Assembly (NCBI GenBank): GCA_965662845.1
Contig: CBFIJD010000004.1
Location: 20,986 to 84,985 of the forward strand
DNA length: 64,000 bases
Origin: an uncultured bacterium
GTDB lineage: Bacteria; SAR324; NAC60-12
Reading direction: 5' to 3'
How positions within the stretch are numbered: the first letter of the stretch is position 1; each line of letters opens with the position of its first letter. Below are positions 19,229-28,114 of this stretch, piece by piece. The notes under the pieces are model-generated. The model had not been told where the DNA came from. It made no database searches and saw only the letters and a list, made by a program, of their open reading frames with translations. The position numbers and the translations under genes are program-made.

Positions 19229-20265
19229 GCGCGGTCTCCGCACAAAACCAACAAAACAAACACGCCATTTGGGACTACTGGAACCAGCTGGAACAAGCCG
19301 CGCCTGCCGAGGTCGCTGCGCTGACGCGCGCCTATCAGCGAGGCGACGCTGTGTGGCAGGGCTTCGACCCGCTGAACCGCCTCCCCAACGCAGAAGCCTT
19401 CGCCGACACGTTCTGGAATCCGCTCAACGCCTCGCTTCCCGACCTCAAGCGTGAGACGCACATCTTCATGGGCGGAGCGTCCAGCGGAAACGTCGATGGC
19501 AGACCAGACGGACAACTTTGGGTCGGAGGGACGGGGTTATTCCACGGCACCTTCGAGCGGGACTGGCTCCTCGGCGGCGTCACGATTCCCGCCAACGGAC
19601 AGCGCGTCGCGATACGCTGGGGCGAGTTTCACCGCATGGAAGAGGGCCGCATCGCGGCGACGTACTGCCTGCTCGACCTTGTGGACTTTCTCAGTCAAAT
19701 CGGCGTTGAAGTCCTCCCACCAGCGCGAGGCGCCAACGGAGTCTGGCCAGCACCTGCCAGCCAAGACGGGGTCATGCTCGCAGCGCAAGACTCCGCGAGC
19801 ACAGACGCCAGCCGCGACTTGATTCGGCGCTTTCTGTTTGAAGGGCTCAACGCCTATGATCAGTCAGACCTCAGCAGCATGGGCGTCGCCGCGTTCTTTG
19901 CTCCCCACGTGCAGTGGTATGGTCCGGGAGGGATTGGGGCGTGTCGCAGTTTACGAGAGTTTGAAGACTTCCATCAGCGACCTTGGCTCACAGCCTACCC
20001 CGATCGGCAAGTGCAAGACCTCGACTCGCTCTTCGCGGAGGGGAATTACAGCGCTTCTTCGGGTTGGAAGGCGGTCGTCGCGACCCACTCCGGCCCCTAT
20101 TTGGACTGCCCTGCGACTCACCGGCAAGTCACATTCAACGGCATCGACTTCTGGCGCAGTGAGGGCAGCCATTATGTCGAGAACTGGGTCTTTGTGGACA
20201 TGCTCCACCTCTTCCGTCAATTTGGGGTAGATCTGTTGGCGCGCGTCATGCCCTCCCCGTCTTGA
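19225..20265 (+). CDS. SnoaL-like/ester cyclase protein, two tandem domains (paralogue of 8494-9531)
   Basis: IPANGQRVAIRWGE, QWYGPGGIG, HSGPYLDCPAT, DFWRSEGSHYVENWV. Confidence 0.85.
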   Translation: MSAVSAQNQQNKHAIWDYWNQLEQAAPAEVAALTRAYQRGDAVWQGFDPLNRLPNAEAFADTFWNPLNASLPDLKRETHIFMGGASSGNVDGRPDGQLWVGGTGLFHGTFERDWLLGGVTIPANGQRVAIRWGEFHRMEEGRIAATYCLLDLVDFLSQIGVEVLPPARGANGVWPAPASQDGVMLAAQDSASTDASRDLIRRFLFEGLNAYDQSDLSSMGVAAFFAPHVQWYGPGGIGACRSLREFEDFHQRPWLTAYPDRQVQDLDSLFAEGNYSASSGWKAVVATHSGPYLDCPATHRQVTFNGIDFWRSEGSHYVENWVFVDMLHLFRQFGVDLLARVMPSPS

Positions 20266-20307
20266 CGCCACGACTCCCGCAACTCTCTCGCTTCCCACAG
20301 GAGACAC

Positions 20308-21585
20308 ATGATTCGTTATCTGAAAGAAGGCATCAGCGCCGAGACGGCGAAAACCAACCACTCCCAAGTCCGCCAGACGGTGGAGCAGATCTTGGAAGAC
20401 ATTGAGAAGCGTGGCGACGCCGCTGTGCGCGAGCTCGCGCAAAAGTTCGACAAGTGGGAAAAGCCCACCTTCCGCTTGACCGCAGACGAGATCCAGGCCG
20501 CGGTGCAGGCAGTTCCCGAGTCCACCCAAGCAGACATTCGCTTCGCGCAGACGCAGATCCGCAACTTCGCGCAAGTGCAGCGCTCTGCGATCCAAGACGT
20601 GGAGCAAGAGACGCTGCCGGGCGTGATCCTCGGACACAAAAACGTCCCCGTGAACAGCGTGGGTTGCTATGTGCCCGGTGGGAAATATCCCATGGTCGCC
20701 TCAGCGCACATGAGCGTCGTGACCGCCAAAGTGGCTGGCGTCCCGCGGGTGATTGCCTGCGCTCCGCCGTTTCAGGGAGAGCCGCACCCGGCGATCATCA
20801 CCGCGATGCACTTCGGAGGTGCGGATGAAATTTACTGTCTTGGCGGCGTGCAAGCCGTAGGCGCGATGGCGCTTGGAACGGAGTCCATGCAGCCGGTGGA
20901 CATGCTCGTGGGGCCTGGGAACGCCTTTGTCGCAGAAGCCAAGCGTCAGCTCTACGGGCGCGTCGGGATCGACCTCTTCGCCGGCCCAACCGAGACCTTG
21001 ATCATCGCCGATGAGAGCTGCGACGCCGAGCTTTGCGCTGCGGATTTGTTAGGGCAAGCCGAACACGGCGTGAACTCGCCGGCGGTGTTGCTGGTCAACT
21101 CCGAGAAGCTGGCTCATGAGACGATGGCAGAAGTCGAACGTCAGCTGAAGGTGCTCCCCACCGGAGAGACAGCAGGAGCCGCGTGGCGCGATTATGGACA
21201 AGTGATCGTCTGCGACACCGCCGAAGAGATGGTCGCTCAAGCCGACGAGATTGCCTCCGAACACGTCCAAGTCATGACGCGCGACCCGCAATACTTCCTT
21301 GACCACATGACCAACTACGGCGCCTTGTTCCTCGGGCAAGAGACCAACGTGGCCTATGGCGACAAAGTCATCGGCACCAACCACACGCTCCCCACGAGCA
21401 AAGCCGCGCGCTACACGGGCGGTCTCTGGGTGGGCAAGTTCCTCAAAACTTGCACCTATCAGTGGGTCAAGACGCCAGAAGCCAGCACGCTCATCGGTGA
21501 ATACTGCTCTCGGCTTTGCGCGCTAGAGAACTTCGCCGGACACAAAGAACAGGCGGACATCCGCGTCCGTCGCTACAAAAAGTGA
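20308..21585 (+). CDS. Histidinol dehydrogenase-like paralogue (HisD/HpsN superfamily), substrate unknown
   Basis: [50 protein letters not shown]; catabolic context rather than a his operon. Confidence 0.88.
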   Translation: MIRYLKEGISAETAKTNHSQVRQTVEQILEDIEKRGDAAVRELAQKFDKWEKPTFRLTADEIQAAVQAVPESTQADIRFAQTQIRNFAQVQRSAIQDVEQETLPGVILGHKNVPVNSVGCYVPGGKYPMVASAHMSVVTAKVAGVPRVIACAPPFQGEPHPAIITAMHFGGADEIYCLGGVQAVGAMALGTESMQPVDMLVGPGNAFVAEAKRQLYGRVGIDLFAGPTETLIIADESCDAELCAADLLGQAEHGVNSPAVLLVNSEKLAHETMAEVERQLKVLPTGETAGAAWRDYGQVIVCDTAEEMVAQADEIASEHVQVMTRDPQYFLDHMTNYGALFLGQETNVAYGDKVIGTNHTLPTSKAARYTGGLWVGKFLKTCTYQWVKTPEASTLIGEYCSRLCALENFAGHKEQADIRVRRYKK

Positions 21586-21592
21586 GGTTGTT

Positions 21593-22345
21593 TTGCAGAC
21601 AGACCATTTGGCGGGGCGCGTTGCGCTCGTGACGGGGGGCGCAGGCGGGATTGGTTCGGCGATTTGTCAGGCGATCGCCGAGGCTGGCGGAAGAGTCATC
21701 GTCACCTATCACCGCAGTGCCGAGCGAGCAGAAGCGCTGCTGCAGGGGCTCGCGGGCGAGGGACACTCTGGCATGCAGGTGCGCGTGGACGACAGCCCAA
21801 TGCTGACGCAGGTAGCCAGCGAAGTCTGGGGCACCTACGGCAAACTCGATCTGCTGGTAAACTGTGCCGGTACCACGCGCTTCGTTCCACATGACGACCT
21901 CAACGCCTTAGACAACGACTTGATCGACGAGATCTTTCGCGTGAACTGGCGCGGCGCCTTCGCGACCATACGCGCGTTTCAGCCTCTGTTAGCGGAGAGT
22001 GACGACGCGCTGATCGTCAACATCTCGTCCATTGCCGCCGTCTCCGGCATGGGGAGCAACGTCGCTTATTGCGCGTCGAAGGCGGCGCTCGACTCCATGA
22101 CACGCTCCCTCGCAAGGGCGCTGGCTCCCAACATTCGCGTGGTTTCGTTGTCTCCCGGCGTTGTCGAGACGGAGTTTATTCAGGGGCTCGACCCGGCTTG
22201 GCTCGAGACGCAACGTGCGCGCACGCCGCTCCAGCGCTTTGTCTCACCCGACGAGATCGGCGCGGCGGTCGTGCAGCTCTACACCACGCTCCGGTCGCTC
22301 ACCGGCTGCATCCTCCCCATGGACAGCGGACGCCCGCTGGGGTGA
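21593..22345 (+). CDS. Short-chain dehydrogenase/reductase (SDR)
   Basis: TGGAGGIG, NCAG, NISS, YCASK catalytic motif; TTG start after GAGG. Confidence 0.92.
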   Translation: MQTDHLAGRVALVTGGAGGIGSAICQAIAEAGGRVIVTYHRSAERAEALLQGLAGEGHSGMQVRVDDSPMLTQVASEVWGTYGKLDLLVNCAGTTRFVPHDDLNALDNDLIDEIFRVNWRGAFATIRAFQPLLAESDDALIVNISSIAAVSGMGSNVAYCASKAALDSMTRSLARALAPNIRVVSLSPGVVETEFIQGLDPAWLETQRARTPLQRFVSPDEIGAAVVQLYTTLRSLTGCILPMDSGRPLG

Positions 22346-22413
22346 ACCTTCCTCAAGCCCGATAGGTGCGACAATGGCGCGGCAGCAGCCGCACCGTCTC
22401 GCCCACGCTCCAG
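22196..22413 (+). repeat. 218-bp direct repeat, left copy
   Basis: Identical to 24044-24261 except 22276 G vs 24124 A; covers the SDR 3' end and the region downstream of its stop. Confidence 0.95.
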
Positions 22414-22539
22414 CTTTTCCTGAGCAGACATCTGCGTATTGGTTTTTCAATCCTTCAACGAGCTTGCGCGTTGTTATCGTCGATGGCTTCTCTCGGTTCG
22501 ACTGTGCGGGTGTCCTGAAGGTCATTTTTAAACCAACTA

Positions 22540-22680
22540 TCAATTTTGCCCTGGCTTTGAAATCTGCGTCGCCCGAACCCCTATTTTCTTATGACCGAGG
22601 TAAGGTGCTACGATTTTTTCTATAAAAATCTGCTCTGTCTTACCCTCAACGATGGCGACAACCTCAATGTAATTCCTCAT
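22540..22680 (-). pseudogene. Truncated DUF4276-like (TOPRIM-like) gene, 46 aa
   Basis: MRNYIEVVAIVEGKTEQIFIEKIVAPYL...TQISKPGQN*; VEGxTE motif; overlaps the AAA ATPase stop by 17 nt. Confidence 0.7.
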
Positions 22681-23800
22681 AGACCGGGCCTCCATCAATC
22701 ACATTTTTAGTCCAGAGCTCACCAACAGAATAGTCTTCCAACCAAGTTGTGAAATCCTCTTCCTTCAGTCGCCGGAAGGTGGATGCGCCACTTTCACGAT
22801 TCACAACGATAACATCCTCAATGGCAAATTGATCAATAAGCGCAGGAGACTGGGTAGCCACAATAACCTGAGTTCGTTTGGCTGCAGCCTGAATCAGCTC
22901 CGCCAGCACCACAATCGCGGCTGGATGCAGTCCCAATTCCGGCTCATCAATCACGATCGTAGAAGGCGGACGCGGTTGCAGTAGCGCAGTGGCAAGGCAG
23001 ATAAAGCGAATGGAACCGTCTGAAAGGTGATAGGACTGCATCGGAAAATCCGATCCTTTCTGGTTCCAGCTCAGACGGACTTTTTCGGCCTCACCCAGTT
23101 TTTGTACATCCAGCCGGAAATCATCAAAGAAGGGTATGACCAGACGGACAGCATCAACAATACGTTGATAGTAATCAGGTTCAGAATCTTTAAGCTCCAA
23201 TAAAAAAGGAGCAATATTCGCAGCATCTCCTCTCAACTTGTGGAAATCTTCCACGATCTCTGAACGCCGCATGGGCGCATTGGCACTGGTGTCATGAAAG
23301 TGGTAAACCATCCAGTTGGAGATGGATTCATAGACAAAATGTCCAACGCCATGCCATTGGCCATCCATCGATTTTTCGTTGCGCTCATCATACAAACGGC
23401 TTTCATCTGATGCGCTCCCATAAGAGCGCCAATTTGTAGATACACATTTACGCTGCTCACTGATCAAAAATTTCTCATCCGCTGTTGGTGTCAGCTCAAA
23501 CTTATACGAATTGGTCCCTGTTGCATGATCACTGAGCGAAGCAAATTCAAATTCCATATTGATGCTCGGCGTCACTTTTGGACCATTAAAAAGGAAGTTG
23601 TCAGCACCGCCACGTTCGAGAATAAACTTGCTGAAATTTTTCTCTGTCATCGCCATCAGCATGCGGAAAATCTGTACAAAGTTACTCTTTCCCGCACCGT
23701 TCGCACCGATAATCACATTCAGATCGCCCAGCTTGAATTCGTTGAGGTCTTTGATAGATTTAAACCCCCTTATGGTCAATTTATCTAAAGACCCTTTCAT
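22664..23800 (-). CDS. AAA_21/ABC-type ATPase (AbiEii/PARIS/OLD-like)
   Basis: GGAGG RBS; Walker A GANGAGKSN, LSDGSIR, Walker B IVIDEPELGLHP, ATQSP. Confidence 0.9.
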   Translation of the reverse strand: MKGSLDKLTIRGFKSIKDLNEFKLGDLNVIIGANGAGKSNFVQIFRMLMAMTEKNFSKFILERGGADNFLFNGPKVTPSINMEFEFASLSDHATGTNSYKFELTPTADEKFLISEQRKCVSTNWRSYGSASDESRLYDERNEKSMDGQWHGVGHFVYESISNWMVYHFHDTSANAPMRRSEIVEDFHKLRGDAANIAPFLLELKDSEPDYYQRIVDAVRLVIPFFDDFRLDVQKLGEAEKVRLSWNQKGSDFPMQSYHLSDGSIRFICLATALLQPRPPSTIVIDEPELGLHPAAIVVLAELIQAAAKRTQVIVATQSPALIDQFAIEDVIVVNRESGASTFRRLKEEDFTTWLEDYSVGELWTKNVIDGGPVYEELH

Positions 23801-23820
23801 GGAATAACCTCCGAATTATT

Positions 23821-23847
23821 TCTGTGTATTCCGTGTATTCTGTGGTT
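23821..23847. repeat. Three 9-bp imperfect tandem repeats upstream of the AAA ATPase
   Basis: tctgtgtat tccgtgtat tctgtggtt. Confidence 0.6.
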
Positions 23848-24043
23848 CATAAAATTCGAGTGTCTTCCAGGTTTGTGCTGACTCGAGCCGTCCTTGGGGC
23901 ACGTCCAAATCCGCTGTCCTGCGATTTTGTCTCGTTGTCCACGCAAAGTCGATGGAGGCGTCATCCGAGGCGTAGAGCACCACCCGGTGCTGGCGGTAGA
24001 TGCGCAAGCAGAGTCGCTGGTTGCCCGTGAGTACGTTGATGGT

Positions 24044-24261
24044 GCTTGGCTCGAGACGCAACGTGCGCGCACGCCGCTCCAGCGCTTTGTCTCACCCGAC
24101 GAGATCGGCGCGGCGGTCGTGCAACTCTACACCACGCTCCGGTCGCTCACCGGCTGCATCCTCCCCATGGACAGCGGACGCCCGCTGGGGTGAACCTTCC
24201 TCAAGCCCGATAGGTGCGACAATGGCGCGGCAGCAGCCGCACCGTCTCGCCCACGCTCCAG
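24044..24261 (+). repeat. 218-bp direct repeat, right copy
   Basis: 217/218 identical to 22196-22413; carries a duplicate SDR 3' end (to 24193) and the real 3' end of the convergent ABC ATPase. Confidence 0.95.
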
Positions 24262-25259
24262 TCGCTGCGAGAAGAGACGCTGACCCGCAAGCGCAGAGCG
24301 TTGTCAAAGCGCACAGAGAGGACCTTGCGCTCACCGTGAAAAGAGACGTCCTCCAGCACCGCTACGCGTCTCGCGACCTCGGGAGCGCGGACGACTGCGA
24401 TGTCCTCTAGCCGGCACATCCACAGCTGGTCGCGCATTTGAGGCTCGTGCGCGAAAGCCTCGACGCCTAACGCTTCCCAGACTTGCAGCAGCGGCAGCAG
24501 GTTCGCCTCTCCCACAAACGAGGCGACCCACGCGGTCGCAGGCTCATGATAAACCGCCTCCGGTGTGCCCGCCTGCACCACTTTTCCCGCCGACAAGAGC
24601 ACCATCCGATCCGCGAAAGTGTAGGCTTCGGCTTGGTCGTGTGTCACCAAAATCGCGCTGACCTGGGCTTCGCGTAGAATGTCGCGGATGTCCTGCCGAA
24701 TCTGCACCCGCAGCCGATAGTCTAAGCTGTTGAAGGGCTCATCTAAGAGCAGCAAACGTGGCGCAGGGGCCAGAGCGCGGGCAATCGCGATGCGCTGCTG
24801 CTCTCCGCCAGAGAGTTGATGCGGCATTTTCTCTTCGGTGCCAGAGAGCTCGACCAGCTCCAGCATCTCCGCCACACGGCGTCTCTGCTCCGCGCGAGGC
24901 CCTCGCAGACCGAAGCTCACATTTTCATACACGTTCAGGTGCGGAAACAGCGCGATGTCTTGGAACACCATGCCCACGCGGCGTTTCTCTGGAGGAACCA
25001 TGCGCTGCGGTGTGCTCATCACCTCTCCGCCAAGCGTGATAGTCCCTTGCTGCGGCTGATCCAGCCCAGCGATCAGGTTCAACAGCGTGGACTTCCCACA
25101 ACCTGACGGCCCCAAAATCGAGAGCAACTCCTGCGGCTGAAGCTCTAAGCTGACGCCATCCACAGGCCGCACATTGGGGTAATGGCGCACCAAGTTGTGG
25201 CACTGCAGCAAAAACTCAGAGTCGGTCGGTACGTTCGATTTTCGGCGAAAGAAAGGCAT
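24201..25259 (-). CDS. Fe3+/spermidine-type ABC ATP-binding protein (FbpC/PotA-like)
   Basis: GPSGCGKS, VFQDIALFPHLNV, LSGGEQQR, LLLLDEP, TOBE-like tail; start 25259 or 25271. Confidence 0.9.
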   Translation of the reverse strand: MPFFRRKSNVPTDSEFLLQCHNLVRHYPNVRPVDGVSLELQPQELLSILGPSGCGKSTLLNLIAGLDQPQQGTITLGGEVMSTPQRMVPPEKRRVGMVFQDIALFPHLNVYENVSFGLRGPRAEQRRRVAEMLELVELSGTEEKMPHQLSGGEQQRIAIARALAPAPRLLLLDEPFNSLDYRLRVQIRQDIRDILREAQVSAILVTHDQAEAYTFADRMVLLSAGKVVQAGTPEAVYHEPATAWVASFVGEANLLPLLQVWEALGVEAFAHEPQMRDQLWMCRLEDIAVVRAPEVARRVAVLEDVSFHGERKVLSVRFDNALRLRVSVSSRSDWSVGETVRLLPRHCRTYRA

Positions 25260-25299
25260 AGCGAGGGGCATCAGAGCGCGGAGCGCGTTGAAGAAAAAT

Positions 25300-26988
25300 T
25301 CAGTTCGGCTCGGCGGAGAGCTTCTGTTGAGAGCGCTTGCGCATTTCACGCGCGAGCTTGAGCGTTTGAGGCGTGATCTCCGTCCCTCCCATCAGGCGCG
25401 CAAGCTCTTGGATCGCCTCTTGCGCAGAGAGTTGCTGAATCGCGGTGAAGGTTTTGTCGTCCACCACGGACTTGCTCACGGCATAGTGCTGCTGCGAGAA
25501 CGCGGCGATTTGCGGCAAATGCGTGATGCAGAGCGTTTGCTGGCGCTTGCCGAGAGACGCAAGCTTGAGTCCCACGATCTCGGCGACTCGCCCGCTGATG
25601 CCTGTGTCCACTTCGTCAAAAATCAGCGTCTCGACCGTGTCAGACGTCAGGATTGTCTGAATCGCGAGCATCACCCGTGAGAGTTCCCCCCCTGAGGCAA
25701 CTCGGGCGAGCGGGCGCGGTTCTTGGCCGGGATTGACCGAGAGCAGAAACTCCACGCGGTCTGAGCCCAGCGCCGTGATCTCTGCGGCGTTGACCTGAAT
25801 TTCGGTGGCAAAGATGGCTTTCTCCATCCCCAGCTCGCGCAGCTCTCTCTGAATCGCGGCATCAAGCTTGAGGGCCGCTTGCTGGCGGTTTTGTGAGAGC
25901 TCTTGGGCGTGGGCTTGCAGCGTTTGGTACAGCGCGGCGATGCGTTGATCGAGCGCTTCCGCGTCTTCTTCTAAGTGCTCTAAGGCGTCGAGTTCTTGAC
26001 GCAGAGTTCGCAGCAAATTTGCCAAGTCTGCAGCCGACTCGACACGGTATTTGCGCTGGAGACTCTGCAAATCGCTGAGCCGATCATTGACCCAAGCCAG
26101 CCGCGAGGGATTGTCTTCGATGCGGTCGGCGCGTCTCGCCAGACCTTGGTGCAGCTCCTCGACTTGGACGAGGCAGGCTTCCAAGGTCTCGAGCATCTCG
26201 CCGCAGGCAGGGTCGAGGCGCGCGGCGTCAAGCATGCTGCGGCGCACGACGCTGAGCACTTCGGTCGCGGAGCCTTCTTCTTCGTAGAGCGCCGCCTGCA
26301 TCTGTGCATAGAGCCCCATCAATTGCTCGGCGTGGCTCAGCAGCTGGGCTTCGGCTTCAAGCTCTCGGTCTTCATCGGCTTGGGGGTTCAGCGTTTCCAG
26401 CTCGGTGCACTGCGCTTCGAGCAGTAGCTGGCGTTCGGTTCTCGCGTTCAGCCGCGACGCCCACTCTTTGCGCTCCCGCGTGGCCTTTTGCCACTGCTGA
26501 TGACTCTCGCGGACCGTGTGACGGAGCGACGAGAGGCCGGCGAAGGCGTCCAGAAATGCCAGATGCCGCGAGGGGTCGAGCAGGGACTGGTTGTCGTGTT
26601 GCCCGTGAATGTGCAGCAGCTGCGGCCCAATCTGGGAGAGCAGGGTCTGCGTCACCGAGGTGTTGTTGATGAGGCGCTTCTGGCGGCTTTTGTGGGTGAG
26701 CACGCGGCGCACGATCAGCTCGTCTTCCACAGGGATCTCAGCCTGCGCGAGCTGGGCTTGGAGCTGCGGCTGGTTCTGGATGTCAAACACCGCCTCGACT
26801 TGAGCCTGCGCGGCGCCGTGTCGGATCAAGCCGAAGTCCGCTTTGCCCCCCAAGATCAACTGAATCGCGTCGATCATGATGGACTTCCCCGCGCCGGTTT
26901 CGCCGGTCACGATGGAGAAGCCGCTGGAGAAGTCGACCTCCAGCGCTTCAATCGTCGCGAGGTTGGTGATGCGCAGTTGCAGGAGCAT
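25300..26988 (-). CDS. recN: DNA repair protein RecN
   Basis: TGETGAGKS, HGQHDNQ, ASGGELSR, FDEVDTGISG, ITHLPQIAA. Confidence 0.97.
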   Translation of the reverse strand: MLLQLRITNLATIEALEVDFSSGFSIVTGETGAGKSIMIDAIQLILGGKADFGLIRHGAAQAQVEAVFDIQNQPQLQAQLAQAEIPVEDELIVRRVLTHKSRQKRLINNTSVTQTLLSQIGPQLLHIHGQHDNQSLLDPSRHLAFLDAFAGLSSLRHTVRESHQQWQKATRERKEWASRLNARTERQLLLEAQCTELETLNPQADEDRELEAEAQLLSHAEQLMGLYAQMQAALYEEEGSATEVLSVVRRSMLDAARLDPACGEMLETLEACLVQVEELHQGLARRADRIEDNPSRLAWVNDRLSDLQSLQRKYRVESAADLANLLRTLRQELDALEHLEEDAEALDQRIAALYQTLQAHAQELSQNRQQAALKLDAAIQRELRELGMEKAIFATEIQVNAAEITALGSDRVEFLLSVNPGQEPRPLARVASGGELSRVMLAIQTILTSDTVETLIFDEVDTGISGRVAEIVGLKLASLGKRQQTLCITHLPQIAAFSQQHYAVSKSVVDDKTFTAIQQLSAQEAIQELARLMGGTEITPQTLKLAREMRKRSQQKLSAEPN

Positions 26989-27006
26989 GGCGAGGCGGGG
27001 GGCGGC

Positions 27007-28104
27007 TCAGTACAAATCGTCGAGCGAGGCGACGACGTTGTCCGCAATCTGACGGAAAGCTTTGATGGCGGGGGTGTCTTTGTCAGGCTGGCTCATGATC
27101 GGCGCGCCTTGGTCGCCGCCTTCGCGCACGTCGAGTTCGATGGGGATCGCGCCTAGGAAGGGGACTTGGTACTTCTTGCTGGCTTCCCGAGCGCCGTGTT
27201 GGCTGAAAATCGGGGTCTCTGTCCCGCAGTGCGGACACGCGAAGAAGCTCATGTTTTCGACGATGCCGACGATGGGGATGTCGACTTTGGAGAACATCGT
27301 GATGGCTTTGTAGGCGTCCACGAGCGCGACGTCCTGTGGCGTCGAGACCACGACCGCGCCGGCGAGTTCACAGAGCTGAGAGATGCTCAGTTGCACGTCT
27401 CCGGTTCCGGGGGGCATGTCAATGATCATCAAGTCGCCACCGGGCCACTCGGTGTCGCGCAGCAGCTGCTCAATCGCTTGGTGGACCATGGGCCCGCGCC
27501 AGACCATCGCCGCGTCGTCGTCGATCAAGTTCCCAATCGACATCGCCGTCAGCCCCTTGAACTCCAGTGGCCTCAGCGACTGCTCTTTAAGCTCCGGCTT
27601 CACGCCCCGCAGCCCGGTCATAATCGGGAAGCTCGGCCCGTAGATGTCGGCGTCAAAGAAGCTGACAGAGAACCCTTTCTGCTGCAGCGCCAAGGCTAGG
27701 TTTAGCGAGACCGTTGACTTGCCCACGCCGCCTTTGCCGCTCGCGACGGCGATCACCGCGTCATAGTTTTGCAGATAAGCGGTTCGTTGCGGTTGGCGCG
27801 CCCGACGCTGCGCTTCGCCGGTTGGGGGTTGTGAAGTCTGCGCTTCGTCTTCATCCTCGTCGGCCGGCGGCTCTTCTACGATCTCGACAGCCACGCGGTT
27901 GATGGACGGGATGGACTGCACTTCTTCTTCAATCTGGACGGGGAGCACTTGGCGGAGCCGCGACTGCAACGGCAGGACGAGCGTCAGCTTTGCGAAGTCG
28001 TCGTTTACGAGGCAGCTGTGGACAATGTCGGTCTCGGTGAGGGGTTTCCCTTCGACTTCAATGCGCCCAAGCGCGGCGGCAAACTGTTGTTCCAAAGATT
28101 CCAT
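27007..28104 (-). CDS. apbC: Mrp/NBP35 Fe-S cluster carrier ATPase
   Basis: N-terminal FeS-assembly-like domain, SGKGGVGKST, DADIYGPS, WRGPM, DMPPGTG, ENMS.F.CPHCG; ATG at 28104 chosen. Confidence 0.93.
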   Translation of the reverse strand: MESLEQQFAAALGRIEVEGKPLTETDIVHSCLVNDDFAKLTLVLPLQSRLRQVLPVQIEEEVQSIPSINRVAVEIVEEPPADEDEDEAQTSQPPTGEAQRRARQPQRTAYLQNYDAVIAVASGKGGVGKSTVSLNLALALQQKGFSVSFFDADIYGPSFPIMTGLRGVKPELKEQSLRPLEFKGLTAMSIGNLIDDDAAMVWRGPMVHQAIEQLLRDTEWPGGDLMIIDMPPGTGDVQLSISQLCELAGAVVVSTPQDVALVDAYKAITMFSKVDIPIVGIVENMSFFACPHCGTETPIFSQHGAREASKKYQVPFLGAIPIELDVREGGDQGAPIMSQPDKDTPAIKAFRQIADNVVASLDDLY

Positions 28105-28114
28105 GCGGCGTTCC

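Larger units (their letters stand above)
22414..24043. mobile_element. 1630-bp foreign cassette between 218-bp direct repeats
   Basis: Visibly AT-richer than flanks, flanked by direct repeats, carries an AAA ATPase and a truncated partner; no integrase or transposase inside. Confidence 0.7.

Noticed and set aside
10402-19515. Long antisense ORFs (10402-11310, 11717-12517, 15990-16712, 17880-18737 and others)
   Set aside because: Shadows of GC-rich genes on the opposite strand with no independent motifs.
20308-21585. Calling this gene hisD or hpsN
   Set aside because: It sits in a catabolic cluster with no his genes, and its motifs ([22 protein letters not shown]) differ from what I recall for both HisD and HpsN, so the substrate is left unassigned.
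23894-24193. 99-aa ORF as a second SDR gene
   Set aside because: Chance read-through into the duplicated SDR 3' end; it lacks the Rossmann and catalytic motifs.
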